This document shows, one piece after another, positions 1-12,594 of a stretch of 64,000 nucleotides of DNA. The notes under the pieces are model-generated. The model was not told the origin of the DNA and searched no databases. It saw only the letters and a list, made by a program, of their open reading frames with translations. The stretch covers positions 1-64,000 of the IMG/VR virus record IMGVR_UViG_2609460060_000003; one strand, given 5' to 3'. The position numbers and the translations under genes are program-made. Positions within the stretch are counted from its first letter, which is position 1; every line of letters begins with the position of its first letter. The DNA comes from a virus. Lineage: Duplodnaviria; Heunggongvirae; Uroviricota; Caudoviricetes.

Positions 1-1
1 A

Positions 2-2057
<2,056 letters not shown>

Positions 2058-2070
2058 CTACCAAAAATAA

Positions 2071-2088
2071 CCCCGGCAGCTGCCGGGG
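2071..2088. terminator. Bidirectional intrinsic terminator between convergent pro and lysis genes
   Basis: Perfect palindrome CCCCGGCAGCTGCCGGGG with an A-run upstream and T-rich tract downstream. Confidence 0.6.
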
Positions 2089-2104
2089 TTCTCGTTAACT
2101 ATTA

Positions 2105-2362
2105 TCACCTTCGCCTGCGTGCCATATATTTGCGCACCGCGCGGCCTGGACAATCTGAAGCTGTTTCTTTCTGCTGCATCAATCTCGCAGCCATGCTCAA
2201 AAATGTCAGGCACAGCCGAAGCCCGGCATACAATAGCGGTTCCAGTGGCCACGTCTCATTGAGCACATATACCGCCATGAAAATCGAGTCAAAAACTATC
2301 GCCGCCAGCGATAACTTCATTGTCGAAAGTCGGCGGAGCTGCCGGAGTTTATTCATTGACAA
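2105..2362 (-). CDS. Small membrane protein downstream of the endolysin (lysis accessory candidate)
   Basis: 85 aa, one hydrophobic segment (LSLAAIVFDSIFMAVYVL), basic C-terminus; overlaps the lyz stop by 14 nt. Confidence 0.35.
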   Translation of the reverse strand: MSMNKLRQLRRLSTMKLSLAAIVFDSIFMAVYVLNETWPLEPLLYAGLRLCLTFLSMAARLMQQKETASDCPGRAVRKYMARRRR

Positions 2363-2906
2363 GCCCCGTCAGGCAAAGCTGGCGTTCTTTTTCACGGCGA
2401 ATCTTTAAACCTCGCAGGGGCACGCCGTTACTGTTCACGAAATCAGGGAGATGGTTACACATATTCACCCATTCCCCTTTCTGCGCCCACTTGTGGATGG
2501 ACGTTTCTACTCGCATGCCTCGCGCTTTGCTGTAGTAGGTCCGTAAGCTATTGCATCCCATATTGAATGCCGCGCTTGTCATTGCACTGAAGGCATTATC
2601 GGGCATGTCTTTGCCCCGGAAGTGCTGATTAATACAGCGTTCAGCGATCAGGATATTCTTTTCCCAATCAGCGGCGATTTGCTGGTCGGTTTTTCGCACA
2701 CCCGGCGTTACCCCGTGTGTATTACCGATCCCGTCAGTCCATACCCCCGCCGGGCACATGTATGGATCACGTCGGCAACCTTCAGCGTTACCAATCAGCT
2801 CAAGCCCCGCCTGGTTGGTTCGCACATTGCCATTACCCATCACGATGGTAATCATCACCGCGATAGCGCAAATTGCACCGCCTCCTGCGGCTGTTTTTCC
2901 CTTCAT
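2349..2906 (-). CDS. lyz: SAR-type endolysin (lysozyme)
   Basis: Begins MKGKTAAGGGAICAIAVMITIVMG (Gly/Ala-rich signal-anchor-release segment) followed by a lysozyme-like domain; GAGG RBS 7 nt upstream of ATG at 2906; the longer track ORF from 3005 rejected as the start. Confidence 0.85.
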   Translation of the reverse strand: MKGKTAAGGGAICAIAVMITIVMGNGNVRTNQAGLELIGNAEGCRRDPYMCPAGVWTDGIGNTHGVTPGVRKTDQQIAADWEKNILIAERCINQHFRGKDMPDNAFSAMTSAAFNMGCNSLRTYYSKARGMRVETSIHKWAQKGEWVNMCNHLPDFVNSNGVPLRGLKIRREKERQLCLTGLVNE

Positions 2907-3039
2907 AAAGACCTCATAAGCGAATTTTTTACGCTCCAGGACAAACACCCATTCACAGCCAATACCGACTGACTCGATCCCTTTAGAAGGCACAGGATAA
3001 TGCAAATCACTTGTTAGCTACGTTTCAAAGATATACATT

Positions 3040-3056
3040 ATTGCTCTAATTAATTT
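3040..3056. promoter_or_regulatory. C1 repressor operator-like site (ATTGCTCTAATTAATTT) between divergent lyz and ssb
   Basis: One mismatch to the P1 C1 operator consensus ATTGCTCTAATAAATTT. Confidence 0.5.
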
Positions 3057-3075
3057 ATTTTATTAGGTAAGATAA

Positions 3076-3564
3076 GTGGCACAACGCGGTGTAAACAAAG
3101 TCATCCTGATTGGTACCCTGGGGCAAGACCCGGAGATCAGGTATATACCAAATGGCGGAGCGGTCGGAAGACTCAGCATCGCAACGAATGAATCATGGCG
3201 CGACAAGCAAACGGGCCAACAGAAAGAGCAAACAGAATGGCATAAAGTCGTTTTGTTCGGAAAACTTGCTGAAATTGCGAGTGAGTATTTACGAAAAGGT
3301 TCTCAGGTCTACATCGAAGGGAAACTTAAAACCCGTAAGTGGACAGATGACGCCGGTGTAGAACGTTACACGACGGAAATTATCGTCAGCCAGGGCGGCA
3401 CCATGCAAATGATCGGCGCTCGCCGCGACGATTCACAATTCTCAAATGGCTGGGGGCAGTCAAACCAACCTCAAAACCACCAGCAATACAGCGGTGGCAG
3501 TAAACCTCAGAGCAACGCCAATAGCGAACCTCCAATGGACTTTGAAGACGATATTCCATTTTGA
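3076..3564 (+). CDS. ssb: Single-stranded DNA-binding protein
   Basis: GTG start; OB-fold N-terminal region closely resembling E. coli SSB, Gly/Gln-rich linker and acidic tail ending DFEDDIPF. Confidence 0.95.
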   Translation: MAQRGVNKVILIGTLGQDPEIRYIPNGGAVGRLSIATNESWRDKQTGQQKEQTEWHKVVLFGKLAEIASEYLRKGSQVYIEGKLKTRKWTDDAGVERYTTEIIVSQGGTMQMIGARRDDSQFSNGWGQSNQPQNHQQYSGGSKPQSNANSEPPMDFEDDIPF

Positions 3565-3797
3565 GAGGGCTGAAAGTTGCTCGATTACTTAAAAATAACT
3601 TTACCTAATTGGTGTAAAAAAATGGGCGCAACAAAGCGCCCCAACAATAGAGTTTCAAATTAATAAAAAGGTAATAAATAACATGAAGTTAAATTGAGAA
3701 GAGGCAATTTTATTGCCTCTTCAAAGGTGGCATGAGGGTGCCACCTATATGCGGGCAGTGACATCACTCCCTTCCCGCATATTCTTACCTACCAAAA

Positions 3798-4910
3798 TTA
3801 GAATTGGTAGGTCATACCAACAGCAACGATGTTGTCGGTTGCAACCTCAGATCTTTTGGTAAATTCACTTTCATCAATCAGGTTGATCTTGTAGTCAACG
3901 AAAGCGGACATATTTTTGTTGAAGTAATAAGTCGCACCCAAGTCGATGTATTCAACCAGATCCTGGCTGCCGAACGCACCAATATTTTCACCGCGAGAGT
4001 GCAGATAAGCGATGGACGGACGCAGGCCGAAATCAAACTGGTATTGAGCAACAGCTTCAAAGTTTTTCGCCTTGTTCGCGATAAAGTCATCACCGAAGAC
4101 AGTCATATTCTGAGTTTCAGAATAAGTTGCAGCCAGGTAAATGTTATTTGCGTCATATTTCAGGCCAGTAGCCCATACTTCAGCAGTTTTACCAGAAGCA
4201 TTCAGAGGATCCTTTTTAGCATAGGATACCTGCCCATCAGTACGATCAGATTTTGCATAGGTTGCACCAACGCCAAATCCTTCATAATCGTAAGTAGCAG
4301 ACAGACCAAAGCCATCACCATTAGATTCAACTACGTCACGGCCTTTCCAGTTGTTCACTTTTGCAGCACTATCATTTTTACCTTGATACTGCAAAGCAAA
4401 GTTCAGACCATCAACCAGGCCGAAGAAATCATTGTTACGGTAGGTGGCTACGCCAGTAGCACGCTGGGTCATAAATACATCGGTCTGAGTCCAGGTATCT
4501 CCACCAAACTCAGGCAGCACGTCAGTCCAAGCGCCAATATCATAAGCTACACCATAGTTGCGACCATAGTCGATTGAACCATAATCAGCAAAACGGAGGC
4601 CAGCAAATGCAAGACGAGTTTTATCTTTATCAGAGCCCTCAGATTCAGTACGGTTACCTTTAAATTCGTACTCCCACTGACCAAAACCGGTTAACTGGTC
4701 ATTAATCTGAGTTTCACCTTTGAATCCCAGACGAGCATAAGTCTTATCTCCGTCATCACTAGCTGAAGAAGAGAAGTAATGTTTTGCGTTAACTTTGCCG
4801 TACAGATCCAGTTTATTACCGTCTTTGTTGTAGATTTCAGCTGCTTGCGCAGACATTGCCATCAGGACAGATGCTGCAACCGCAGAGAGTGCCACTGTGA
4901 TTTTTTTCAT
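3798..4910 (-). CDS. OmpC/OmpF-family general porin (phage-plasmid borne)
   Basis: Signal peptide ending AQA, mature start [17 protein letters not shown], porin motifs (PEFGGD, YDYEGFG), C-terminal ...MTYQF; AAGGG RBS. Confidence 0.9.
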   Translation of the reverse strand: MKKITVALSAVAASVLMAMSAQAAEIYNKDGNKLDLYGKVNAKHYFSSSASDDGDKTYARLGFKGETQINDQLTGFGQWEYEFKGNRTESEGSDKDKTRLAFAGLRFADYGSIDYGRNYGVAYDIGAWTDVLPEFGGDTWTQTDVFMTQRATGVATYRNNDFFGLVDGLNFALQYQGKNDSAAKVNNWKGRDVVESNGDGFGLSATYDYEGFGVGATYAKSDRTDGQVSYAKKDPLNASGKTAEVWATGLKYDANNIYLAATYSETQNMTVFGDDFIANKAKNFEAVAQYQFDFGLRPSIAYLHSRGENIGAFGSQDLVEYIDLGATYYFNKNMSAFVDYKINLIDESEFTKRSEVATDNIVAVGMTYQF

Positions 4911-5022
4911 TTTTTTTGCCCTTTAGATTGAACTTTTCAGTAGAAAAGAAGTCACTGCGGACAAATGTTTATCTTTTTTGGATTCGTGTTTCAAGTTTTG
5001 CAAATAAAAATCAAGGTATTTT

Positions 5023-5038
5023 TGTGATCAAAATCACA
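5023..5038. promoter_or_regulatory. CRP-like palindrome TGTGA-N6-TCACA in the porin upstream region
   Basis: Exact match to the CRP half-site consensus with 6-bp spacer, about 115 bp upstream of the porin ATG. Confidence 0.3.
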
Positions 5039-5651
5039 AATAATAGCCTTGAAAACCCAATGGACTATTAGAAAAAACTCAATTCACAGAATAAAAATTG
5101 ACAAAATAGATCAAAAAACAATCAAAAATAAGCACAAAAGACAAACAATTAAATTATCACAAAAATAATAACTGTCAAAAATAGATAGCCTGTTAATTAA
5201 CAGGGCTTTAATGGATGTAGACTTGAAATCTACTTAAAAATTAGAATCAAATTAATTACTGCCGATTGGGTATTAAATTGAATCTATATTGTGAGAGTTA
5301 AAGACGATGTGTTTTAGTTATAAATGTTATTCCCTAAAATGGAGCGGTCTCATCGAATCCTGATTAATAACGAGCTAAGCTAATTCATTTTAGTATGTGT
5401 ATATCTTTACCCTCTGAATATGCAATAAAGAAGAGATATTAAACAATATGTAGCTTCAGGATTGACTCTGGAAGAATTAAAAGATCGACTAAAGTGTTCA
5501 ATATGTGGTGAGCGAAACGCAAAAATTAATTTTTTTTGATCTAACATATTAGGTAACGGCTTGCTTCCATAACCTAAAGCAAGCCACTACGCGTTTACTT
5601 TAAGTACACAATTAACATATCAGAACAGATTATTTTTGCACAATCAGGGAG

Positions 5652-5963
5652 TTAATATACGATCTGGTCTACATGATCACCAAAATCATCATCGTCGTCG
5701 TCATCATCGCCACCATCTACTGCTGGCCAATCAACAAACCAGCCAGCGTAAAGATGCAGCGTTCGGAGAACATCACTTGCGGGAGCATCAAGGGTGTTAA
5801 CGAATCCCATATAGCTATTGGGATTTGCCCCAGCTATGGCTTCAGCGATCATGTCCTCGGTAATGTCACCGGAGATAATGCTTAAACGCCCGGAAACTTC
5901 TTCATTATCATCAAATTCGATAATGGCATCTCCGCCTAATGGCGCTGCGATTTTAATCTGCAT
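5652..5963 (-). CDS. Hypothetical acidic protein, distal gene of the dar operon
   Basis: 103 aa with a run of eight Asp near the C-terminus; start overlaps the ddrB stop. Confidence 0.45.
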   Translation of the reverse strand: MQIKIAAPLGGDAIIEFDDNEEVSGRLSIISGDITEDMIAEAIAGANPNSYMGFVNTLDAPASDVLRTLHLYAGWFVDWPAVDGGDDDDDDDDFGDHVDQIVY

Positions 5964-8940
5964 TATTTAGCTCCTTTGCCACACCTAATAACAGTTCCAG
6001 CAATCCGTCACCATTCATCAGTGATGCGGCAGCGGCCTCTTTGTCATGATACAACTGAAGAGCCATAGAGAATACTTCCGTTGCTGACGTTTTGGAAATA
6101 GTCGGTGATTTCTGCCGAATTTTCCCGGTGTTACTTACTGAGGCTGGCGGGTATACCTTCGCCATATAAATATTACTCAATCGAGATCTGAAGCACCATT
6201 CAGGCTTGCCACGCCCACCGATATTAACGAAAGATGGCTTATCCCCTTCAACATTGGCCTTCAGGAATGACCGGGCTTTCTCTAACAAACCAGGGTTACT
6301 GTACTCAAGATGATGACCCAGCTCGTGCCACAGTGCACTTGCATTTTCATCGTTCAAATTGACAGCAACAACACCATTAAGATTTGCATATGCCCTTCCC
6401 TGGTGGTGAACCACCTTTGATAAGGTCGAAATTTTACCGCCGGTCAGGCGATAAATATCAGCAAGTTCCTTGCGCAGGTCTATCCCACCATTCTGTCCAG
6501 CGCGGGCTTCTTCCACTTCTTCCGTGATAAAAGAGTCGGCCCACTCAAGAGCTTTTTCTTCAGATACGGATGAGTTTGCGATCGCACTGTTCATGGCAGA
6601 TAACACTTTCTCGTGGACCGAACCCATTCTTCGCTGATTCATTTGCCAGCGTGTCTGCGGGTTATATGAGAATCGCTTAAGTAGTTGGTCAAGCTGCTCA
6701 AGTTCTTCTTCACTGACATACCTTTTAGCCTCACCAATAATGCCAGGGAGAATATTGCCGTTAGGATTAAACGCTCGCGAAAGGAAGAGTTTCAGCGCCC
6801 CCATGCCCTCCGATGCTTCAATATCACCAATAACCCGGTTAACAATGGCCGCACTCTTCGGATTAGCATCCGCCAACGCTCTGGCTACAATTTGCAGGGA
6901 CGATACGACCTCACGCTGCATATCAGTCCTGATCTCATCAATAAACTCTGGCGTTATGCCGTACTCTTTAAGGATATCCCTGCCTTCCGCCGTTACCCCA
7001 TCGATATCACCGACATGTTTATTAACCCGACTTTGCAATGCCTTAAATGCCTTCAGAATTCCACGGGCATCATCCACTTTACTAACGGCCTTCCTGAATG
7101 CTGGCAAGAAGTCAGAGTTAACCTCATTTTGTTGATCGGCCCACTGAATGGAGGCTTCTTTCATCTCGTCCAGAGTCAGATCACCCAACGCGGTATGGTC
7201 TGTGAATATGAGCGACAACCTCTGAACCATTTCTGCCAATGGTGATGCCGAATGCGCCGCGCTAAGGAATGCTTTCACCCTGGTTGGGCGAATGGAAAAC
7301 CAGTCAATAGCTGGTGGCATATCTCCGTTTTTTATCGCCTGCGCTATCTCATCAAAGCCGTCGCGCCCAAGGGAGGATGCGTGATTTAACAATCCGCGAA
7401 GTAACGAATTGCTGATACCGAATAATCGGCACCATTTTTTTACGTCGGCAACAGGCATTCGGACAAAATGCGCAAGCACTTGTACAAGCTGCTCATCCTG
7501 GGGATCGGTGCGGGATAGCAGCCTGATCAGATGAATAATGTCTTTGATGCCGGATGCCCGATGTAATAGCAAGCTGGTATATGGAGCAACACCGTTGTAA
7601 CTACCGCCGGAAGCTGACTCGAAAAGACCGCCGGATATCCCTTGCATACCTTCGTTTTCCAGTTCCTGAGATACCTGGCGAAGGATATCCTGTAACGACA
7701 CATCACCGCCGCCAAACATATCCCCGAGCGCCTGGCCCTGGTGCTGTAACTCATCATTGATACGTTGCGCCATCAACTTAAAGGCGGTGGCCATACGCTT
7801 CGCGCTACGGTTATTCGCGACGATAAACAACGCGAGTGCTTTCACTTCCGGGGCCGTTTCGCTGAACATATCCCCCTGAGCAATAACATCGGTAATATGT
7901 TGGCCTGACTCCTTCGATTGTCTTACCAGGTCTACCGCATCTTTCAATGCAGCCAGCGCCTTTTTATCGAGGCTATCCGCTGTTTCAATGCTATCAACGA
8001 TAGTTGTCACAGCCTGCTTGTGCGCTTCTCCTGATAAAGCCTGCATCTGGACAAAATCATTGGCCGCCGCATTAAGCGCCGTCAGAACATTACGCATATC
8101 CGGATCAGGTTCTTCTGCAACCATCCTTACCAAGCGCGCATCCTTATATGCCTTGGCAAAGATCGCGTTTTGTATCCGGTCAACAAGTTGCCGTGTTGGT
8201 CGCCCATCTTCAGTTACAAGTCCAGCCGCCTGTGTGGCACCAACTTGCGTCATAAATCCGCGAATAAACGCGTCATTACTGCGGCTAAGCAGATCTCCGC
8301 TTTCTGACGGGTTAAAAAGCGCCATCATCGCCGGTGTTATGCTGTCGGCATCAACAAAAGCCTTTTCACTGGCTGCCATTTCCTGAAGATCAGAAATATT
8401 TGAGTCCTTGGCAAACTGAACGCGGTCAACCTTAGTTAACCGGCGGCGCACCAGTACCGGAGCCGTCATTGATTCAACCTTTTCAGGTCGTATGCCGAAT
8501 TCGGTCGCATGATCAATCAGGTACTCACGATACCGATCCGCATTGCCGTCCTGATAGGCTTTGATGATCCCCATGGTCCGTCCATTACCTGACTCAACGG
8601 CATTATCCTCACCAATTATCGGCGCGCCATGGCTGGATAAACCGGAATCAGTAAGCTGAGCAGGCCGCAAATCTTTGGATATCTGGTTAACCTGAAGAAG
8701 GCTGGATGCGCGGGTCCGGTCGCGCGGCTGAAGTTCCTGGGGATAGTCAGGATTAATTTTCCCATCCAGAGTATTGGATACCAAAAGAGCTGAGGCATCG
8801 ACGATATCAAACGCTGTTTTTACCTCGTCTCCCTTCGCTGTCACCACATACGAAACCCGCCCATAATCGGGCAGGTTCTTTAGCAGCTCGATCAGCGTTT
8901 CTATGCTGGTGGCCATTACCACCTGATCGCTTAAGCTCAT
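5953..8940 (-). CDS. ddrB: Large Dar-operon protein (DdrB-like), contains an HExxH motif
   Basis: 995 aa immediately downstream of ddrA in the lydA-darA operon order; WHELGHHLE motif near the C-terminus. Confidence 0.55.
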   Translation of the reverse strand: MSLSDQVVMATSIETLIELLKNLPDYGRVSYVVTAKGDEVKTAFDIVDASALLVSNTLDGKINPDYPQELQPRDRTRASSLLQVNQISKDLRPAQLTDSGLSSHGAPIIGEDNAVESGNGRTMGIIKAYQDGNADRYREYLIDHATEFGIRPEKVESMTAPVLVRRRLTKVDRVQFAKDSNISDLQEMAASEKAFVDADSITPAMMALFNPSESGDLLSRSNDAFIRGFMTQVGATQAAGLVTEDGRPTRQLVDRIQNAIFAKAYKDARLVRMVAEEPDPDMRNVLTALNAAANDFVQMQALSGEAHKQAVTTIVDSIETADSLDKKALAALKDAVDLVRQSKESGQHITDVIAQGDMFSETAPEVKALALFIVANNRSAKRMATAFKLMAQRINDELQHQGQALGDMFGGGDVSLQDILRQVSQELENEGMQGISGGLFESASGGSYNGVAPYTSLLLHRASGIKDIIHLIRLLSRTDPQDEQLVQVLAHFVRMPVADVKKWCRLFGISNSLLRGLLNHASSLGRDGFDEIAQAIKNGDMPPAIDWFSIRPTRVKAFLSAAHSASPLAEMVQRLSLIFTDHTALGDLTLDEMKEASIQWADQQNEVNSDFLPAFRKAVSKVDDARGILKAFKALQSRVNKHVGDIDGVTAEGRDILKEYGITPEFIDEIRTDMQREVVSSLQIVARALADANPKSAAIVNRVIGDIEASEGMGALKLFLSRAFNPNGNILPGIIGEAKRYVSEEELEQLDQLLKRFSYNPQTRWQMNQRRMGSVHEKVLSAMNSAIANSSVSEEKALEWADSFITEEVEEARAGQNGGIDLRKELADIYRLTGGKISTLSKVVHHQGRAYANLNGVVAVNLNDENASALWHELGHHLEYSNPGLLEKARSFLKANVEGDKPSFVNIGGRGKPEWCFRSRLSNIYMAKVYPPASVSNTGKIRQKSPTISKTSATEVFSMALQLYHDKEAAAASLMNGDGLLELLLGVAKELNNAD

Positions 8941-8952
8941 CCCTGTTACGCC

Positions 8953-9318
8953 TTATGCTGCCTCTTTAATGTTGGCGGCTATCCATGCCGCCGTGTGCTG
9001 TTTAACCTGGTCCAGGTCGATGTATGTGCCAACATATTGACTCAAATCCTGCAAGGTACCGATAAATGCATCGGTGCTCTGATCGACGAATTTATCAGCC
9101 AGGAAATCAGCAACCAGTTTTGGCACACCATCATGTACCGCAGGTTGTTTTTCCTCGCCACTACTGCCGCCGGACACACCGTACCCCATCTGTTGCATGA
9201 TCTGGTCAATTTCATCGCTGATATCCAGCAACTCCATGCCACTAGCGGTAGCCGCTTTGGACATCAGAGCATCCAACTTATCGCTGAGATCCATTAACTC
9301 AATAGCTGATAGTGTCAT
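8953..9318 (-). CDS. ddrA: DdrA-like small protein of the dar operon
   Basis: 121 aa; start overlaps the darA stop; position between darA and ddrB. Confidence 0.5.
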   Translation of the reverse strand: MTLSAIELMDLSDKLDALMSKAATASGMELLDISDEIDQIMQQMGYGVSGGSSGEEKQPAVHDGVPKLVADFLADKFVDQSTDAFIGTLQDLSQYVGTYIDLDQVKQHTAAWIAANIKEAA

Positions 9319-11234
9319 GCCGCTACCCCCGCTTTCTGGATTGCTACCAGCAGATCAGCCAGGTGGCGAGCAGCGCCATTAACCAGCTCTTCGTTTTCCT
9401 CAAAACGCCCGGCAGCCTGAAGGGCTGCAATCGCTTCCCGGACATTACCCCGGGCGTTACGGATCTCCGCCATGTCAGTGCTTTGCATATCCATCACGTT
9501 ATTGAGATATTCAATGGCTTTATTAGCCTCTGCATCTGCTTCGCTAACCGTTTCATCAGGCTGTGCCGGGGCAGGTTCTGGCTGAGTAATCTCACCGACT
9601 TCGGCCTGCAATGCATTGATCATGCTCTGCACCATTTTCTCGGTGCCAGCGCCCCCCGGAAACGCAATATTGGGGAAAGTTTTTTGAAACTGAGTTTTCA
9701 GCATTACGCGGAACTCGTCTGGTGAGCTGGTGGCCAGATCCAGAGCTTTTTGTGCATATTTGCCAAACGGACCATTAGTAAGTGTCTTCGCCAGGAAGTC
9801 GAAAGAATCCTCGCGAGGCAATAACTTCAGGTCGTACTCACTCATTTGCTGATCAGAAAGCGGGGTATCGTAAGTAGCAATGCCGTAGCGTGCATATTCA
9901 TAATACGGGTCACCTTCATCAGGGCGCGGCAGAATTGCTTTGTTACCTTCAGGTATTGCGCCAGGGGCCGCCGGACGCATTTGCAAGGCATATCGATATG
10001 CACCTACAGAGACTTCTGGTTCAGGCGAAGAGCTACCGGTATCCTCCGCTGGTTCAGGTTCGACGTTTTCCGGTTTATGTTCTTCTGGTTGGACCAGATA
10101 TTCCGATACATTACCCGCTTTATAGGCTTTAAACAGCTTGCCGATCGCATCTGCCATGTCCACACCCTGTATGGATTTAGCCTTGATCATGTACACGCTG
10201 CCATCCGAATCGGTTAACTGGATATACCCTTCGCCGTCCTCAATGAATTGCTTCATTGATGCTCCATTACTGAGCGTCACTTCCCCGTTCATATGCATAC
10301 GATTTTTGATACTGGCAAGGCGATCCGTCAGCGCGCGCGAGTGCCCACCAGTCATCCCCGCTGGATCAATGGTATCGCGCCCACCTGTGCGATTGAGCTG
10401 ATCAATCTCCGTCTGCAAACGCTCATTCTCTTCATAAAGAGAATCCGCTTCCGATGCAACAGCGTTAATTTTCTGCTCCAGATCTACCTTCTGCCCTTCT
10501 ACCGCTGCCACCTGATCCGCGAGGTCGCTCATGGCATCCTCTTTCTGGTCACTGTCAGCCTGTAGTTGGGTTATTTCATCAACCAGGGCTTTTTTCTTCT
10601 TCTGCGCACGCTGGAATTTTGCCGAGTTTTTCTCTGCAAGGTTGGCAAGTTTCATGGTGACCTGCGCCAGCGTCATATCACGTCCACTCATCGGAGCAAC
10701 GGTATGAGTAACGTCTTTTTTATTCAGTAAGAACTGGAAAGCAATCAGCGTATCGCTATTGGTGATCCGGTTTTCCGCTGTCGGGCTATGAAACAGAATG
10801 CTGATAGTCTGACCATCACTGAGCGGAATAATGGCTGGCAGGACCGGCAGCCCGTTAACGTTACGTGCCCGGCCAATTTCAGCCCCGCCGATCGCGCGCG
10901 CGCCGTTCTGGGCCACATCCCCCGTTTTATCACTCCCCGCAGAGATTCCGGTACCATTCAGCTTCTGGTTCAATGCCCGGACAAATGCCTGCATGGTCCG
11001 GTGTAACTGCAAACGAGTAGAACTAATCGCCTCCAGTAAATCCGTAGCACACCAGTGGATCGGCGTGTCATAGAAGAACGTAGCCTCGATTTCCTCCAGG
11101 GTGTTGGATTCCGTCATCAGATAGCGGTCCTCACCGGCCATTAATGCGCGATATTCATCATCAGTCACTGGCGGGGGAAGCACGTCAAGCCCAGGCTTGA
11201 TCGTCACCCCTTTATTGATATTGAACTGTTCCAT
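9315..11234 (-). CDS. darA: DarA-like anti-restriction virion protein precursor
   Basis: 639 aa ORF at the expected operon position with the size of P1 DarA; start overlaps the hdf stop (TAACATG). Confidence 0.65.
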   Translation of the reverse strand: MEQFNINKGVTIKPGLDVLPPPVTDDEYRALMAGEDRYLMTESNTLEEIEATFFYDTPIHWCATDLLEAISSTRLQLHRTMQAFVRALNQKLNGTGISAGSDKTGDVAQNGARAIGGAEIGRARNVNGLPVLPAIIPLSDGQTISILFHSPTAENRITNSDTLIAFQFLLNKKDVTHTVAPMSGRDMTLAQVTMKLANLAEKNSAKFQRAQKKKKALVDEITQLQADSDQKEDAMSDLADQVAAVEGQKVDLEQKINAVASEADSLYEENERLQTEIDQLNRTGGRDTIDPAGMTGGHSRALTDRLASIKNRMHMNGEVTLSNGASMKQFIEDGEGYIQLTDSDGSVYMIKAKSIQGVDMADAIGKLFKAYKAGNVSEYLVQPEEHKPENVEPEPAEDTGSSSPEPEVSVGAYRYALQMRPAAPGAIPEGNKAILPRPDEGDPYYEYARYGIATYDTPLSDQQMSEYDLKLLPREDSFDFLAKTLTNGPFGKYAQKALDLATSSPDEFRVMLKTQFQKTFPNIAFPGGAGTEKMVQSMINALQAEVGEITQPEPAPAQPDETVSEADAEANKAIEYLNNVMDMQSTDMAEIRNARGNVREAIAALQAAGRFEENEELVNGAARHLADLLVAIQKAGVAA

Positions 11235-11235
11235 G

Positions 11236-11838
11236 TTAATTTCCTGCTTTCAGTTGCTTAAGACGGCGTTTGAGTTCGCCATTTCGGGCCTTTTCGTTAT
11301 TGAGTCGGCCTGTCTCCTTATCCAGCTTCGCCCGCAAATCAGTGATCTGCTGTTGATTGAAAGACACCGAATTCTGCGCGGACTTATAAGCGGCAACCAC
11401 CTGAGCATTCCGCTGTTTTGCTTCTTGCAGGCGCTGAAAGTTGGATTTAACTGCCGGTTTCTTGTCTACCGGATTGGCAACACGCTTCGCTTTGGCGATC
11501 AGTGATTTCTGGAATTTTGCGGAGTTTTTGCGGGCCGCCTGTCCCATAACGGTACCAAGCGTCTTGATATCCGGCGACTGAGCGTTAGGAATAGCTTTTC
11601 CATTCAGTTTCACAGACGATATATCGCCAGTATCGTTTACCTGTATGGCAAGAATTTGTCCGTCGTTAAGAACCAGCTTTGCGGTTTTAACTTTAACGCC
11701 ATCTTTCGTTGTTGCGCGGTTGCTGGAGTCAACCTCAATTACCGTAACCCCGGTTTTATTGATCGCCGCGATAAGGGATTTCAGCCCCTTTTCATTAACC
11801 TGGTCAAAATCGACCGTTGCATACTTATTTTTCGTCAT
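11236..11838 (-). CDS. hdf: Hdf-like protein (dar operon)
   Basis: Second ATG (11838) has an AGGA RBS at good spacing; located between lydB and darA. Confidence 0.5.
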   Translation of the reverse strand: MTKNKYATVDFDQVNEKGLKSLIAAINKTGVTVIEVDSSNRATTKDGVKVKTAKLVLNDGQILAIQVNDTGDISSVKLNGKAIPNAQSPDIKTLGTVMGQAARKNSAKFQKSLIAKAKRVANPVDKKPAVKSNFQRLQEAKQRNAQVVAAYKSAQNSVSFNQQQITDLRAKLDKETGRLNNEKARNGELKRRLKQLKAGN

Positions 11839-12268
11839 CTGACACATCCTGTGCGAGATTTATTACGTAACTTCTGCGGATTTGCTGAGTAACAGGGAAA
11901 ATCCGATACAACGGGTTAATGAACGAGTCACCATGCGTAACCATGACGTTGAAATGCCACAGCCGTTCTCCTTTACCCATATATTCAGTGGGTATGTACA
12001 ACCATTCACTGTTTTCGCCCTGTTCAGCCGACGTCAGACAACGTTGTTCGCCTTCAATCACTGTCGTTGGCTTCTGAACATCGCGGATCCAATATCTGAC
12101 CGTTGCGCCGCGCAAAAACGGGAATTTAGACCGGTATTTGAACGGCACCCGGATGAAGCCCTGTTTAACTTCCACATCACCAAGTTCTAAATGCGTGATG
12201 TCCTTGCGTTTTAGCAAATAGCGATCGGCTAAGGCTAACGCAAGAACGCATACACCCCAGCCAATCAT
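11825..12268 (-). CDS. lydB: Antiholin-like protein LydB
   Basis: 147 aa; start overlaps the lydA stop (ATGA); position after the holin gene. Confidence 0.55.
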   Translation of the reverse strand: MIGWGVCVLALALADRYLLKRKDITHLELGDVEVKQGFIRVPFKYRSKFPFLRGATVRYWIRDVQKPTTVIEGEQRCLTSAEQGENSEWLYIPTEYMGKGERLWHFNVMVTHGDSFINPLYRIFPVTQQIRRSYVINLAQDVSDDEK

Positions 12269-12594
12269 TTCCCACCTCCCTTTTTCACCAAACTTGTAAG
12301 AACATTCAGAATGCTATCGATATTCACTCGTTTCATCCCTGAAATCACCTCATGACCGTTATTGCTGGCTATCGTTACCATTAAGTACGTAATTGATAAC
12401 TCCCAGCCCTCGTGTTGCCCCAATAGGTACGCCACCGCGCCAGCTGTCACTGCAACAAAGATCTCCGTAACCAATCCCAACAAATTGCCAGACTGGCGAC
12501 CATCTCGGACATCCATCAGGAACGTGCCTATCCCACCAATTACTGAAAGCAGGAGCGCAATAGCAACTGGAGCTAATTCCTGTGTGTCAAGCAC
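12265..12594 (-). CDS. lydA: Holin LydA
   Basis: 109 aa with hydrophobic transmembrane segments and a charged C-terminus; AGGAGG RBS. Confidence 0.7.
   Translation of the reverse strand: MLDTQELAPVAIALLLSVIGGIGTFLMDVRDGRQSGNLLGLVTEIFVAVTAGAVAYLLGQHEGWELSITYLMVTIASNNGHEVISGMKRVNIDSILNVLTSLVKKGGGK

Noticed and set aside
2349-3005. 218-aa version of the endolysin ORF starting at 3005
   Set aside because: The extension runs through the intergenic operator region; the RBS-supported ATG at 2906 gives the expected SAR N-terminus.
3804-4577. 257-aa plus-strand ORF
   Set aside because: Antisense to the porin gene, no RBS and no protein-like composition.
4920-5650. micF-like antisense sRNA divergent from the porin gene
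   Set aside because: No segment resembling micF and no hairpin plus T-run terminator in the expected position; only an AT-rich region with a CRP-like palindrome.
9846-11006. Several 60-123 aa plus-strand ORFs
   Set aside because: Embedded antisense within darA with no independent support.
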